DNA of 64,000 bases from Mytilus edulis. Taxonomy: Eukaryota. Both the position numbers and the translations under genes were made by a program. The notes under the pieces were generated by a model that was not told where the DNA came from, did no database searches, and was given only the letters and a program-made list of their open reading frames with translations. This document shows positions 63,931 to 64,000 of the stretch, one piece after another (position 1 is the first letter of the stretch; each line of letters begins with the position of its first letter). The DNA is taken from assembly GCF_963676685.1 (NCBI RefSeq), contig NC_092347.1, positions 5,332,001-5,396,000 on the forward strand. The letters run 5' to 3'.

Positions 63931-64000
63931 ACTTAGTCAAGGAAATAAAACAAGGAAATAAAGACCAAAAATTAAAATTAATGACTAGTGGTTCAAGATT

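Overview
AT-rich, repeat-dense eukaryotic DNA. From memory the repeat families resemble those of a mytilid bivalve (Mytilus-like), but I could not verify this. The only convincing protein-coding gene is an intronless 379-aa aminergic GPCR, a 5-HT4-type serotonin receptor (61965-63104, +). The preceding ~62 kb is non-coding and may include long 5'UTR introns; candidate small exons lie at 1754-1837 and 48511-48570. This stretch contains many minisatellites, MITEs, a tRNA-derived V-type SINE, pearl/HINE-like elements and remnants of a Penelope-like reverse transcriptase. The most notable structure is a head-to-tail array of three ~365-bp units (9427-10530). Each unit carries a minimal type I hammerhead ribozyme fold (CUGAUGA...GAAA...GUH), matching a non-LTR retrozyme. 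A solo copy lies at ~20.1-20.5 kb and decayed copies at ~43 and 53-54 kb. Penelope-like RT fragments, the class proposed to mobilise retrozymes, occur nearby. Apart from the GPCR, the ORFs in the supplied track look spurious or repeat-derived.
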